64,000 nucleotides of DNA from the human T2T-CHM13v2.0 reference genome, Homo sapiens, in NCBI RefSeq assembly GCF_009914755.1, contig NC_060928.1; one strand, 5' to 3'. This document shows positions 1-18,644 of this stretch, one piece after another. The first letter of the stretch is position 1, and each line of letters opens with the position of its first letter. The notes under the pieces were generated by a model. That model did no database searches. It saw only the letters and a list, made by a program, of their open reading frames with translations, and was not told the DNA's origin. Position numbers and translations under genes: made by a program.

Positions 1-618
1 TCTGCACCTTCAATGTTTATTACAGCATTAGTCACAATAGCCAAGGTATGTAAACCAACAAAATATCCATCAACTGACAAATGGATAAAGAAAATACAGT
101 ATAAATATTAAATGATAGGTTATCCAATCTTAAAAAAACAGGAACACCTGCTGTTTGTGACAATATCCATGAACCTGGAAAACATTATGCTAAGAGAAAT
201 AAGTCAGATACAAAAAGACAAGTACCCTATGATTTTACATATATGTGGAATGTAAAAAAGCTGAACCAATAATCAGAGAGAGTAGAATGGTGGTTGTCAG
301 GAACTGGGGATGAGAAAAATGGGAGGACATTGTTCAAAGGGTACGAAGTTTCTATTATGCAGGATGATTGAATTATTGAGATCCAATGAACAGATTGGTG
401 ACTATAGGTAATCATGTTTTATTGTTAAGAGAATATGCTAATTATTATCATCACACACACACAAAATGGTAACTCTGTGAGGTAATGGATATCTTAATTA
501 GCTTGATTGTGGTAATCCTTTCGCAATGTATATGTGTATCAAAATATCACATTATATGTCATAAATGTATACTACAATTTTTATTTGTCAATTATACCTC
601 AATAAAGCTGAAAAAAAT
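1..618 (+). mobile_element. Old L1 (L1MA/L1MB-type) 3' end, cut by the window start
   Basis: L1 3' motifs (atgtttattacagcatta..cacaatagccaag; catgaacctggaaaacattatgctaag) ending in attatacctcaataaagctgaaaaaaa. Confidence 0.85.
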
Positions 619-676
619 CTTGTAATTGAAACTATGTTTGTCTCAGTTTGATTTTCTCCTAAAAATCATATCTACT

Positions 677-978
677 GGCTGGGCGCAGTGGCTCACCCCT
701 GTAATCCCAGCAATTTGGGAGGCCGAGGCAGGCAGATCACAAGGTCAGGAGTTCAAGACCAGCCTGGCCAAGATGGTAAAACCCTATCTCTATTAAAAAT
801 ACAAAAAAATTAGCCGGGCGTGGTGGCAGGCGCCTGTAATCCCAGTTACTCAGAAGGCTGAGGCAGAGAATTGCTTTAACCTGGGAGGCGGAGGTTCCAG
901 TGAGCCGAGATGGCATCACTGTACTCCAGCCTGGGCGATAGAGTGAGACTCTGTCTCAAAACAAACAAACAAACAAAA
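677..978 (+). mobile_element. AluS (AluSg-like), full length, (AAAC)n tail
   Basis: ggctgggcgcagtggctca start, A-rich linker, tail; imperfect TSD aaaat(c/t)atatctac. Confidence 0.93.
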
Positions 979-2016
979 TTATATCTACCTGCTATACAAA
1001 ATGTCAATTCACTGAAAATTAGCTTCGTTTTTGATGTTGGAGTTGTTTCTTGTTACAAATTAAAAAAAAAAAATCCATCTAGCAAATCTAACATCATATA
1101 ATACAAAATATTTCCCACACCATAAACTTATACATATCTGTTGACTCTTTGTAAATACTCATTGATGAAGTTGTTTAAAACATCCATTCAAGTTAACTCA
1201 TTAGAATTAACTACAGCATGGTAGAATAGAAATAAGTAAAAGAGGGATGGCTATCTTTCTTATGAACAACTACTGATTCATTACGTCTAGACAAAAGTTG
1301 TAACAAAATATTGCAATTTCTCCACTGAAAGAAATGTTATACATCATGATAATGTCAGTATAAAGATGCTTGAATATTGGCTATAATTTGAGAACATTTA
1401 CTAGATATATCCACCATAAATGCAATTCATTTTCAGGAGTAAAAAGCAGTAATTTGTAAACAGTTGCCAACAAACATATTTCTAATACAACTTTGATTTC
1501 ACATACCTCTGCATCAACAAATTCCTTAACTGGGAAAAACAATCCTTTTTTCTGTTAATTGTGTTTTTGTTCCCTTGTGTAATTTTAGTAACATACGTAG
1601 TTACGGAGAAAAGATATGATAGTACCCAATGTCTTCCAAAACTCTGGTAATTGACAGCAAAAAAAAAAAAAAATCCTTGAAGGAAAGGTAAAATTGAATT
1701 TCATTATATAACTTATTTTCTCTTCTGATTAATCACTTCTAATAGTTTTAAATTTCTGTCTCAAAGCATCAAAACACTCTGAATTATACTGTTAATGGTG
1801 TATATGGATACTATTAAAGAACATAAAAATCTATGAAACTGTTTCTTTATTTTGAGTTTGAGTCAAACTGTACCCAAAGGAGCAAGATAAGGCAAATAAG
1901 AATCAAATATAACTGTTAAAGTAATTAGGTGTCTTTCTATATTAAACATTATCCATAATCTCTTGCCCCTTCAATCATGTAAGAAGATTTTGACTTTTTG
2001 AATTCTGGCAGTTGTT

Positions 2017-4725
<2,709 letters not shown>

Positions 4726-7063
4726 TAAACCACTATAAATTTCCTCTTAGTTCTGAAAAAAAAAATTGGAGCAGATACATCTCTTCCAATCTAGGTACTG
4801 TTAAAAATGTGAGGCAGAAAGCTAACTGTAATTAAAGGGTAATGAAAAGTCTATTGTGAAATGATTATTATGTACTTGATGGGATTGGCAAGATCACTTT
4901 GCATAAGCTACCTATCCTTCCCATGGTGCTTGCTGTTCTGTGCTATGGAACCGAAAAATTGCTTAAAACGTTATAGGTGTATTATTTATTTAATTACATT
5001 ATCATCTAAATATATGACCCAAGTGTCTAAAGGAAGATAAGCTACAAAAACATAAATTATTATTGCAATTACACAGTTAAAAATCAATTTAAATGGATTC
5101 TGAGAAGATGGTGGAGTACAAAGCACCAGGAACCTGTCTCTACACCTAGACAATAATTGCACTGGCAGCCTCTGTCTGATGGAACTGTTTTTAAATTCTA
5201 GAGTCTGTAGAAGGCTTGGAAAGCAATTTGAGATGAATTTCAGTCAATTTCAGCTATATTGTCATAGCAGCCACCCCTTCCCTGGCAGGCAGCTGAACAT
5301 TTCTACTACAAGCAGCTTGCACACAGCTTACAGGAGCCATGGCTGGGAAAGGGGATCCTGTCATTGAAATATTGGGGATTTGTACTCTGAATCGTGCTTC
5401 TGATCCCACAGGTTTAGATGAAGAAGTGGATGGCCACTGTTCCCTCCATGTTGCAAGCTCCCCCTTCCTCAGCTAAAGTGACTTGCAGAGAATTTAAAGG
5501 GTCAGTGCCCTTTTCCTCCCTGCTTCCTTCATTTTTTTCTTTTTTACCTTTTTGGAACAAGACTTTAAAGATAAGAATTTTCAAAGGAAATTTACATACA
5601 GAGAAAACTAGAAAGTGTCTGGATGTGCCTAGGAGAATGCACAAGCTCAGAAAAATTCTTAGAAAATCTTAAATTTATATCTCAGACAGATCTTTGGCAC
5701 ACAGCCTACAACAATAAATAAATCTAAAACAATAAATACATTAAAAAGAAGAAAATTCTGGGGAAGAAAGAGAATCTGGTTTTGAGTTACAGTATTAGAT
5801 TTAACTGTCTAGTTTTCTTTAAAAATTTAACATGTATATGAAGAAATGGGAAAGCCTGGCCCATTCAAAGGAAAAGAGTAAATCAACAGAAACTGTCCCT
5901 GAAGAAGACCTGATATAAGATCTATTCAACAAAGGTTTTAGACGATTGTTTTCTAGTTTCTCAAAGAACTAAGGAAGATGTGAAGAACGTGAAGAAAAGC
6001 ATGTATAAACAAGCATCCATAAAGAATTAGGAAACCTAAATAGAAACCAGAAAAAAATTCTGGAGCTGAAAATATAGCAACTAAAATGAAAAGTTCACTA
6101 GTGGGATTCAAATGCAGATTTTAACAGGAAGAAAAAAGAATCAGTGAACTTGAACCTAAGATAGTAGTAAATCATGAAGCCTCAGGAACAGAAAGAAAAA
6201 TGATTGAACAAAAGTGAACCAAGTCTACATGATTTGTAGAATACCATCAAGAGTTCCAACACATGCATTGTGGGATCTCCAGAAGGAGAAGAAGCAGAGA
6301 AAATATTTGAAAAAATAATGGCAGAAAACTCTCCCAATTTAATAAAAGACATGAATCTTAACATCCAAGAGTCTCCACAAACTCCAAGTAAGATGAACTC
6401 AAAGAGACACATACCTAGACACTTTACAATCAAACCTTTAAGAGCCAAAGAGAGAATTTTGAAAACAGCAAGAGAACAGCAATGAATCACATACAAGAGA
6501 TCCTTAGTACAATTGTTTGCAGCTATTTTTATCAGGAACATTGAGGCCAGAAGGTGGTAAGCTAATATATTCAAAGTGCTAAAAGAAATAAGCTGCCAAC
6601 CAGTAATCCTATATCTGGCTTAGCTCCTTCAAATAAGGGAGAATTAAGACATCCACACATAAATAAAATCTGTGGGAATTTGATACCTGCTCACCTGCCC
6701 TGCTAGAAATACCTAAGGGAGCTCTGCAGGGTGAAAAAAGGTTACTAGACAGTGACTGAAAGCTATATAAAGAAATAAGAATCTCAATAAAGGTAAATGC
6801 AAGGACATTGTAGCTCCACTTTTTAATTTCTACATGATAAAAGCTCAATTATCATAATTTTGGTTTGTAACTCCACATTTCGTTTTCCATATAACTTACG
6901 GAAACTACTTCATTTGAACTAAATATGAGTTTATATTTTGGGGTACAGAATGTAAAAAGATGTAATTTTATGACATCAACAACCAAAAGGGTAGGTGGAG
7001 CTGTTAAAGGAGCAGAATTTTGTATGTGATTGAAGTTGGTAGATATCCAAATTAGAGGGTTTT

Positions 7064-7444
<381 letters not shown>

Positions 7445-7619
7445 TGAAAAAATAATTTAAACTTTTCACTACAAAATATCAACTACCCACAAAGACATAG
7501 TTACGCAAGAAATGACAGACAAAAAAGCTCTAAGGCATATAGAAAACAAATAGCAAAATGAAAGAAATAAAGTTTCTCCTTACCAGTAATTTATTTCAAC
7601 TTTACAAAGACATAGTTAA

Positions 7620-7910
7620 AAATAAAAAATTTATACATTTAAGAGATGCAGCTTGATGATTCGATATATGTGTACATTGTGAAATATTGCCACAATCAAG
7701 TTAACTAACATATCCATTACCTCACATGGCTACTATTTTTTTTGTGTGTGTGTAGTGAGAACACATAAAGCCTCTTAAATTTTGCGAAGACACTCTTAGC
7801 CAATTTTAAGTATACAATACAATATTGTTAACTATAAGCATATTGTTCTGGCAATATACAAAAATGATTTCCAGAACTTATCTTGCCTAAGTAAAATTTT
7901 GTACCCCTTT
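7620..7910 (-). mobile_element. L1MA-type 3' end fragment nested in the L1M
   Basis: Antisense L1MA 3'UTR motifs (cacaatcaagttaactaacatatccattacctcaca). Confidence 0.75.
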
Positions 7911-8859
7911 ACTATGTAAGTATTACTTTAAATGGAAATGAATTAAATATCCAATCAAAAGACAAATATTGGCAAAAGTACAAAATCATGATAACTGTAT
8001 GCCTTCTATAAAAGACTCACTTTAGAAAGACACAAATACATTGAAATGAAAATATGAAAGAAGATATGCTAATAGTAACCAAAATACAGCAAGATGGATA
8101 TACAAATATTAGACAAAACAGACATTAAATTTAAAAAGGTTACGATATATAAGGAAGAAAATTATATTTTAGTAAAAGTTTCAGTACAATAAGGAGATAC
8201 AACTAAATACTTACATTTGATAAGACAGGGATGAATCTTGAGGATATTATCCTAAGTGAAATAAGTACCCAAAGAGAAATACTGTATAATTTTAGTCATA
8301 TGAACTACTTAGAGTATGCAAAATCAGACAGAAAGCAGCATGGTGGTTCCCAGGAGTGGAGAGGAAGATAGAATGGGGCATTTGTGTTTCATGGGTATAA
8401 AGCTTCAGTTTTACAAGATGGAAAGAATTACGGAGATGAATGTTGGAGATGGTTGTATAACATTATGAATGTATTTAATAACACTGCCCTCTATAGTTAA
8501 AATGATGAAGTGGTAAATTTTATGCTATGTGTATTCAACCACAATTTAAAAATTAGAAAAAATCAATTTAAACCTCATCTTGTGTATGGGTATAAACATG
8601 TTGGTTTATATAAGTCTTGTTCTAAATACATGAGTTAATATTTTTTTAAATGGCAATTTACAATGTTTGAAAAGCATTAAGTATTCATTAAGTGCTATTA
8701 TTGTGTTATATGTTTTAAATATAGATGTACAGTTCAATACTCAGATGCAAAAATGAGTTTATTTCTCATATCCAAGCCCATTCTTGTTCCACTATCTTAA
8801 CTTATTCTTAGACATAAGAAGAGACTTTGAACTTCACTGAATGTACCTTTCTCTCTCAA

Positions 8860-9176
8860 GTCTGTGGTTCCCTTTCCTGGGAACACTCTTTCACCTGGCT
8901 GTCACCTAAACTGAAAAACCAGTGTGTTCTTAGAAGTGTCCTATGGCCTTCAGCATTTATATTTGACTTCCCTTTCTGATTATTCCATAGTGTATATGTT
9001 TCTGAAATTATTTTATATTGCAGTATTAAATGTAACGGAGTTTTTTTTTTTTCCCCTTTTCAGTCAGTAAGATTTTGAAGACTGGAATATTATCTCTTAC
9101 AGTTGTATCTTTAGTATTTAGCTGAATGCCTAGAAAAACATAGCAGTTAAATCAATATTTGTTAAATGCATGAAGA
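8860..9176 (+). mobile_element. L2 3' relic
   Basis: gaatgcctagaaaaacatagcagtt..aatatttgttaaatgcatgaa resembles the L2 terminus. Confidence 0.55.
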
Positions 9177-9494
9177 TTAAACAACGATCATGTATGTACT
9201 TCCCCTCATCTTTTTCTTGCCTACTCTATTGCATATGATGGGAGATTAAATTGAAAGTGTAGTAAAAAATCAATATGCTTAATGAAAACTGTTATTAAAG
9301 AAATTGAATCTAGAAATTGTTGAACTGTGCTAGGTTTAAATGATTGATTGCCAATAAACATCAGTTGATTGATAATTCTGCATGTGGCTACTGTAAGAAA
9401 ATAAAATCTTCAGCAAAATTTTAAATAAGATAGTCCAGAAAAATTGCATAATTGCAAATATAAGAACCACCATTACGTGACTTGTTATTTGCAC

Positions 9495-10720
<1,226 letters not shown>

Positions 10721-11709
10721 GAAAGATAATGCCAAAAAAAAAATTAGAAACACATGTTTTATACATTTAAAAATAAATATGAATAGATATTTAGCCAAAA
10801 TTATTATTTAAAGAAAGTCATGATAAAATTATGTTTCTATGTTAATATTCCTTATGAACATGTAAATAATATTTTAAAAAACGATTTTAGAAACTAAACT
10901 TAAAATTACCAGTTACACAAACTCCTTTGTAAATATTTCTGCCACTCACTTACACGTGGACATTGTATTTTTATATATTGTTATCTTCACCAATAAGTTC
11001 CAAAATAATATGAATAAAGACCTTTAAAAATACGTTTTAAATTACTGATTTTAAGACTTGTTTGTGAAGTGAATTACAATATGCAGTACTCTAATAAATC
11101 AGGAGTAAAAAGTTATTTAGAAAGAATATTCATTTTAAAACAGTGCACTGTTTGACAATACTTATGATTACATGCCATGTCTCTAATTTAATAATTACTA
11201 TTGAACCTACACGACCTGCGTTAGTTTTTTGTATTTAGGCAGAAAATTAATGCATGTTCCATGTTTTATATTTGTGACAGAAATCCAACTTCCTCAGCTA
11301 TGCCAATGCTCCCTGCTTTATTTGGCTTAGAAGCTTTTGGATCATAAATATTCTCTGATTCCACTTGGATTTTAAGAGCCACAATGTCCTCAGGCCTATA
11401 TTAAAAATGAATCAGTGATAAAAATTATGCGGTGAATGATGTATTCTATTAAAAATATTAAATTTCTACGTTTTTAGTTGAAGTGGAATAAGAAGTGCAT
11501 TATTTATAGTCTAGAGAAGAAAAAAGTCAATAGCTGTATTTTTAAATATCTGAGTTTGATGGTATCCTCTAATACACTCTATATTAAAAAATAACACTCT
11601 AGCTTTCTAAAATGTTAAAAAAAATTTTGCAGATTAAATTATTTTTATCAATGATATACAATTTGGGTTCTGTTAGCAATGAATAGCCTAAGGGGCAAAA
11701 ACCCTTTCT

Positions 11710-11850
11710 CATATATTTGTATATATAATATATATATAATATATCATATATAATGTATATCATGTATAATATATATCATGTACAATGTATATCTCATATA
11801 TATTTTTTCTAGCTCTCTCTCTATATATCTCATATATTATATATATTTAT
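11710..11850. repeat. (TA)n-rich low-complexity repeat
   Basis: Degenerate TATA/TCTC units. Confidence 0.8.
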
Positions 11851-12371
11851 GCATGTGTATACACTTTAACTTTATACTTTTAAGTAGAAAAGTTGTATTT
11901 TCTCACTGCTTTAAATATTAAAAATTCAGCAGTTTAGTTAGAAGCCTCAACTATTAAAATCTCTGTCTCTGAAATCTAGATATGATTTGAGTATATTACT
12001 TATAATTTGAAGTATAGTACATATTCTGAAACCTTTTTTATAAGATATAATATTCTCTATTAAGAATGTAATGACATATAAAATCCAGACATATTATGAA
12101 AATTGCATTATGTTTTGATATATTTTCTCCCATTGCTAATTTTGCTAGCTAGCTATGCACTGCAGAAAATCTTTTTACAAACAAAAAATTATTATGGCAA
12201 GCTGCCACACCTGCAATTGAATTCTGGTTGAATTAAAATTATAATTTCAGTTGTTTATTATCTGTCTGTGTTTTTCTCTTCAACAGAATGCCTTGCTTTA
12301 AATATAGATCAACTGTATATGCTATGAGCCACTCCACATAACTTGCAGAAAGAGAATTACCATACAAATGA

Positions 12372-13128
12372 TCATCTTTTAATCAGGTTACTATTGTTTT
12401 TATTATTACTATTTTTATTTGTTTTTGCAATTGAGTTGTATGAGTTCTTTATTTTAATAGTAACCTTTTATTAGATATACAGTTTGCAAATATTTTCTCT
12501 ACTTCCATACATTGCCTCCCCACTTTTTGATTGTTTCCTTTGCTATGCAGAAACTATTTAGTTTGATGTATTCCCATTTACCTATTTTTGTTTTTGTTGC
12601 CTGTGCTTTTGGTGTCATATTCAAGAAATCACTGCCAAGACCAATGCCATGAGGCTTTTCCCTTATGTTTTCATTTAGGAATTTTACAGTGACAGGTCTT
12701 TATTTAAGTATTTATTTCATTTTGAGTTGACTTTTGTATAAGGTGTAAGACAAAAGTCCAACCTGATACTTTTGCATGTGAATATCCAGTCCTCTCAACA
12801 AGATTTGTTGAAGAGATGATACTTTCTCCACTGTGTATTTTTGGTACCCTTCTAGAACATCAATTGAACATCTATGCACAAACCGTGTATATTGTTCCAT
12901 AGGTCAATATATCTGTCTTTATGCTGGTGCCATGCTGTTTTAATTACTGTAGCTTAGTAGTAAGTTTTGAAATAAGGAAATGAAATACTTTAGTTTTGTT
13001 TCTTCTTTTGCAGTGTTACTTTGGCTACTCAGGGTTCTTGTGGTTCCATATAAATTTCAGGATTGTTGCTTTTATTTCGTTTAAAAAAAAAAAAGCCAAG
13101 ATTTTGGTAAGGATTAAACTGGTTCTGT
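12372..13128 (-). mobile_element. L1MA/MB ORF2 3' region fragment
   Basis: Antisense L1 motifs (ttgtttcctttgctatgcagaaac; gtgctttt ggtgtcatat). Confidence 0.85.
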
Positions 13129-14070
13129 AAAGTTTCAGTGATGCAAGATAAATAGGTTTTAGAGATCTGCTATAAAACATCATGCTGATAGTTGACATAT
13201 TGTATTGTGCACTTCAAAATGTGTTAATGATACAGGAGTGATGGGAAGGGAAAAGCATGGTCCCTTTAAATGATGCGGAAAGGGGGAAGGGAAGCGCTGG
13301 GTAGAAGAGGGTATGGTCCGTGGCTAGGGCTCCACTCCTACAGACCTAGGTGAGGACAGGCATTTTTGTTTTCCTGCCCAAATGTATTTCCTAAAACCAC
13401 CTGGCCTGCTACGCCCCCATCCTGTGGCTATAAAAACCCCCTAGATCCCAGCAGGCAGACACACAGGCAGCTGGACGTCGAGAGGAACACACTGACAGGC
13501 ACCAGCACACTAGCAGCCACCGACTGGCAGAACGACACGGAGTTTGGCTGGGGCAATTGGAGGAGAGCCCGGGCCGCCAAATGACCCGACTCCAGGGGAA
13601 AGCCATCTCCCTACTGGCTCCCCCATCTGCTGAGAGCTATTTCCACTCAATAAAACCTTGCACTCATTCTCCAAGCCCATGTGTGATCCGATTCTTCCGG
13701 TACACCAAGGCAAGAACCTCAGGATACAGAAAGCTCGCTGTCCTTGCAACAAGGTAAAGGGTCTAATTGAGCTGGTTAACACAAGCCGCCTATAGACTGC
13801 AAAATAAAAGAGCAAAACTAAAAGAGCACCCTGTAACACATGGCTACGGGGGATTCAGCTGTAAGCATTCACCCCTAGACACTGCCAGGGGATTGGAGCC
13901 CCACAGCCTGCCCATCTATATGCTCCTGTAGAGGTTTGAGCAGCGGGGCATGAAGAAGTGAGCCACAGCCCCATCGCACACCCTGTTAAGTGGACAAGGG
14001 AACTTTTCCCGTTTCATAAGAGGACAGAAATTATGTTAAGTGTTCTTATCTCAATTTTTGAAAAAGAAAG
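13129..14070 (+). mobile_element. L1MA/MB 3' terminal fragment interrupted by an LTR
   Basis: aaagtttcagtgatgcaagat..aaaatgtgttaa, then the LTR, then taagaggacagaaattatgttaagtgttctta. Confidence 0.7.
13228..14016 (+). mobile_element. Solo ERV1 LTR, LTR1-family-like (789 bp)
   Basis: TG..CA termini (tgatacagg..cccgtttca); TATAAAAA at 13429; AATAAA at 13649; GC-rich compared with flanks. Confidence 0.8.
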
Positions 14071-14177
14071 AAGAAGTGAATCGGGGAGACAAACATCTCT
14101 TCAGCACTTCTTTCATGAATTTACTAATTCTCATCGTTCTAAAAATGGCACCTAGTACACAATAACTTTCTGTAAGA

Positions 14178-14360
14178 CAGGAATAAATCCAAGATTTGTC
14201 AGGTCTACTGTTTACACAATTTGGGTTTGGTCCTCTTTAAAAAAAAATAATGCAAAACTCTGAATACAAAATTGCTAGTGCCCCTCCTGTGACACGTACA
14301 ATCTATGCACTGAAGGGCCCTAAATGTAGGTTCTATTAGCAATACTAAAAAGCTGTCTGT
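14178..14360. mobile_element. Short hAT-type DNA transposon relic (family uncertain)
   Basis: acaatttggg..cctctttaa..aatacaaaatt..gggccct pattern recalled from hAT-Tip100-type MITEs. Confidence 0.45.
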
Positions 14361-15207
14361 CTTATGGTATTAGAGACATGATTTCTTGGAAAGTGAGGGT
14401 CTAAATTCACACATGCCACATCTTTTTCAGATACTAATTGGCTCCTGAATGTGTACATAACAGTACATTTTATGGACAAAAACTAAGAAGAACATGTTCT
14501 TCGGGCAATGGTTCAGATCTTCTATAACTTATGGAAAATATCAATAAGCACAGAGAAATCAACAAGTGCAGGCTGGTGAGCACAGGTAAAATATAGCTAC
14601 TAGTGTCAGATATGCAAATAACAAAAATTCTAATGCAAACTATATTGACCTGTTAACAGCCCGGACAACTACACAACTGAACACCTGAACCAGATGTTCA
14701 GATGACTAGAGGCAAAAATTTGGTCTAATTCAAACCCTGAAAACCTATATAATGAGAAAGATAATTCAAGATCTTGTAATTTACATGTGGACCCAGCATT
14801 TCAATTTTAAATTAGTATGCCTGCAAATTTCCTTTTCTCAAACTGTTTACGAAACTGATGTTTATACTTCTTTTTAAGACAGTTGAGGTTCTTATGAAAC
14901 CTGTTATATTTTTCTTCCTCGACAGCAGAATTAAACTCAATCCTTACAAAAAGAAATGTTCAGCATAAAAACACATCAATCTAAGTGTCAATAAACAAAT
15001 AAATAAAGCATAATTAAGAAGAGGCCTATAAAAGCAAAACAAACAACAAACAAACTGAAGGCTGGTTCCGTTTACCAAAGGTATAAAAATGATACGCAGA
15101 GTTGGTTAAATTTGAAATACAATAGATAATAATATCTAATCAATTCAGAAAAACAAAAATAAATAGAACATTTTATACTCTCTTAGATGACCTTATATAG
15201 AGTAGTA

Positions 15208-15580
15208 AACATTGTTTGTTGTCACCAAATAGTCATTCTTCTGTTCTTCCTTTGTAACAGAATGCTGAGTAGTATGCCGAACTAAATGATTCTATTTACT
15301 AGCCTCCCTGCTATGATTTTTGTAGTTATTGCATGCCAGAGATCTATAAATGGTTGTGGGATATCCAGGAAGACTCTTTACAACAGCAACAATAAGTGTC
15401 ATTTATCTTTCACCTGCTTTATACCGCTACGGAACTGGAATACAGATTGATGGAATATAGTTTGATGGCTGGAGCTCCAGCAGCCTGCTTGAACCCTGAG
15501 ATTACCTTGTGGATGGAAGCCATGGTCTTGGAATGCTAGAGAAAAAGATAAGCGATTGAGATCCATGTGCTTTATGGAGC
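15208..15580. mobile_element. Ancient ERVL LTR relic (LTR16/LTR33-like)
   Basis: gatggctggagctccagcagcc..ttgaaccctgag..ggatggaagcca motif. Confidence 0.55.
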
Positions 15581-15889
15581 AAAAATAATGAAAGCTGTAT
15601 ATAGTATGTTTTATAAAATAGTAAAGTCCTAGAACTTTAACTAATTTTCCCCCAATCTATTCTACTCTGTGCTGGAAGTTAATAGTAACACAGTTTAGAT
15701 AGATGGAGAGAAGAAAATACTAAGAGGAACAATGAGAAAACAATAGAAATGTACAAACATAATAGATAAAATTCACATGATATCTTCACAGTTCAAACAT
15801 TTGATCCTGGTGGTATAAGCCACATTATCATTCGTAGGAAAGTCACTTAAAATACACAGTAATCAAACTATTGAGTTTCACGTAAATAA

Positions 15890-16050
15890 AGTGCCAAACT
15901 TACCAAATATAGCATTAGAAAAATTCAATTAATGTTGAATTTCAGATCAACAAAGTGATTTTGTAAAAGTGTATAATACAATAAAAATATTTATAGTATA
16001 TCTGAAATTCAAATTTACCTGGGAGTTCTGTGTTTTGTCTAGCAACCCTA
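15890..16050. mobile_element. MER53-like palindromic MITE
   Basis: Inverted repeat ttgaatttcagat (15935-15947) / atctgaaattcaa (16000-16012); terminus ctagcaacccta. Confidence 0.7.
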
Positions 16051-17129
16051 CCTGTAGAGTGGTTGAGTTATAATAATATAAATTACATAATGCTTTCTTC
16101 AAAGAAATAATATTTTGGGGAGCTTTACATTTGGTATCGAACATGATCAACAATGCCATATTGAATAGAATAAATGACATACATTTCATTGAAAACATGG
16201 TATACCACTGAATTTTATGACAACCTCCTTATTACAAATGAAGAAACTAAAGTTTAAATTTATTTTATAAATCCATTGTAGGCATGTAGCTAAGAAGTGG
16301 CAAAACTAAAATTGAAATCTAGTTTAATATGACATAATTTGACTTATGTGTTGAATTTAGACTGGACTATATATAAGTTACTGAACGGTGAGCAACTCTA
16401 GATACTACAAATATAATGTAGACAATAATGTCTAAAATGTTTAGACCTACTTTCTCTCAAGTAAAAACAAACAAAGCAAAACAAATTCTGCTATGCAACT
16501 CCTTCCTGACAACTTTCTCGGTCACGTTAACACATCCAAAACAGTTCCGCATTTCAACTTCTCTTTTTCTTTCACCCCTGACTGCCAATCCTGACAACCA
16601 ATTCTATTTTATTTCCTCTCCAGGTTTCTCTCAATACTCTATATTTGTCTTTATGCTCGCCTCAGCTTGCTTAATTCAGTTTCCTTTACCAAAGGAACTC
16701 ACAAACCAGGAACCAAATCAAAATAAGGCATTTAGCTTTTTCAGAAATGTGGGCATACAGAGGATCCAGGACACAGATACAGGCAGATTCATCCAGCTGA
16801 GTGAATATAATGGCAGATTTTTTAGAACAGGGATTAATAAAAGATTGCTAGTCAAGAGAAAAGATAGCATGATTCCTAAACCTTCCTTGAATTGAAAAAA
16901 AAAAAAAAGAAATTCTTCCATTTCTCCATTTACAGTGGCTATTATAACTAGATAAAATTTGGTTCCAGCATTTCCTGTGAATTCCCAATCTTTCTTGGTA
17001 CTATATGTAACCTAATACTAAATTACTATTTTTTTAGGTAGGTTCAGGGTATATGTACTCTTTGAAACAAATATAAGAAGGAAGAGAAGAAAGGGGAAGG
17101 GAGGGGAAGAAAGGGAAAGAACGAGAAGA

Positions 17130-17380
17130 GAAAATGCAGATGTCGTTTCATAGAAAACTTACAATGTGCCTCATACAGTGTTAACAGATTTAAAGTGTTT
17201 TTTCTCATTAATTCTCACCAAAAAATATGAGTTAATGTTAGTGTTATCTTCATTTTACCGATAAGGGTGCTGAGACACAGAGGGTTTAAATAATTTTCTT
17301 GAGATCACATCATTCCTATGTGACTGAAGATTAATTGGAATCCAGATGGTTTGAATCCATAGCCCATGTTGCAAAACAAT
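17130..17380 (-). mobile_element. MIR
   Basis: Core cattttaccgataagggtgctgagacacagagggtttaaataatttt. Confidence 0.7.
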
Positions 17381-17594
17381 GTCATAATGGCTCCTGCAGT
17401 TTGGTGGTATGCTTTTATTCATTTGGTGCAAAATATAAAACAGACGAAATGAAAGTCTTCAAACATCAATTGAATATCAATTAGTCCCACACATAATAGC
17501 ACAGTAAAGCAAATCTAGCTGTAACATACAAGGGTTAGAATTATTTGGGATGTATTTTCCAAAGAGCACCAGAAAACTGGATTACCTCACTTGC

Positions 17595-18095
<501 letters not shown>

Positions 18096-18644
18096 GAGAT
18101 CATGAGGTAATATTAACCCATCCTATTAAAGAAATAAAATTATATATGCAATGCATGAAAAGAGTACATGTATACACACGGGATTTCTTCTGCATTCAAG
18201 AATTAAATAAAAATATATTTTAATTAAATATAGCAAATATAAAAATGAGGGGATACAAAAATGAAGGGCAGTTATGTTTTTAAAATACATCTATATTATT
18301 GTAATTGTTCGCAATTAAAATGTATTTATGTGTTATCTAGGTGACTATACATTTAATCCTACCTAATATACATATTCAAAAGTCAGAAAGGATATTGCAA
18401 ATTGTCATTGCTTTCCTTTGACATGAAAGGCACTTATTAATTTAATTTTATATAATTTAATGGGAATTAAATTCACTTTTGTAAAAATAGATAATGTACT
18501 TCTAGGGTATATACACTGACTCACATATGACCCTTTTGAAAGTCTTTCAACACATCAGAAATCCATATCTAACAATGAAAAGCTCATCTTATGCAAATGG
18601 AATTATAGACATTTCTTAATGTAATTAGACCCCCAAATTAATTA

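Noticed and set aside
15058-15085. ggctggttccg resembling a Y RNA 5' end
   Set aside because: The similarity ends after a few bases; no Y RNA stem or terminator follows.
16428-16895. 155-aa ORF in unique sequence
   Set aside because: F/S/L-rich composition with no recognisable domain or exon structure; compatible with a chance ORF.
17075-17135. Polypurine tract (also 31430-31462 and 42815-42900) as triplex-forming elements
   Set aside because: Short, imperfect low-complexity sequence that is common genome-wide.
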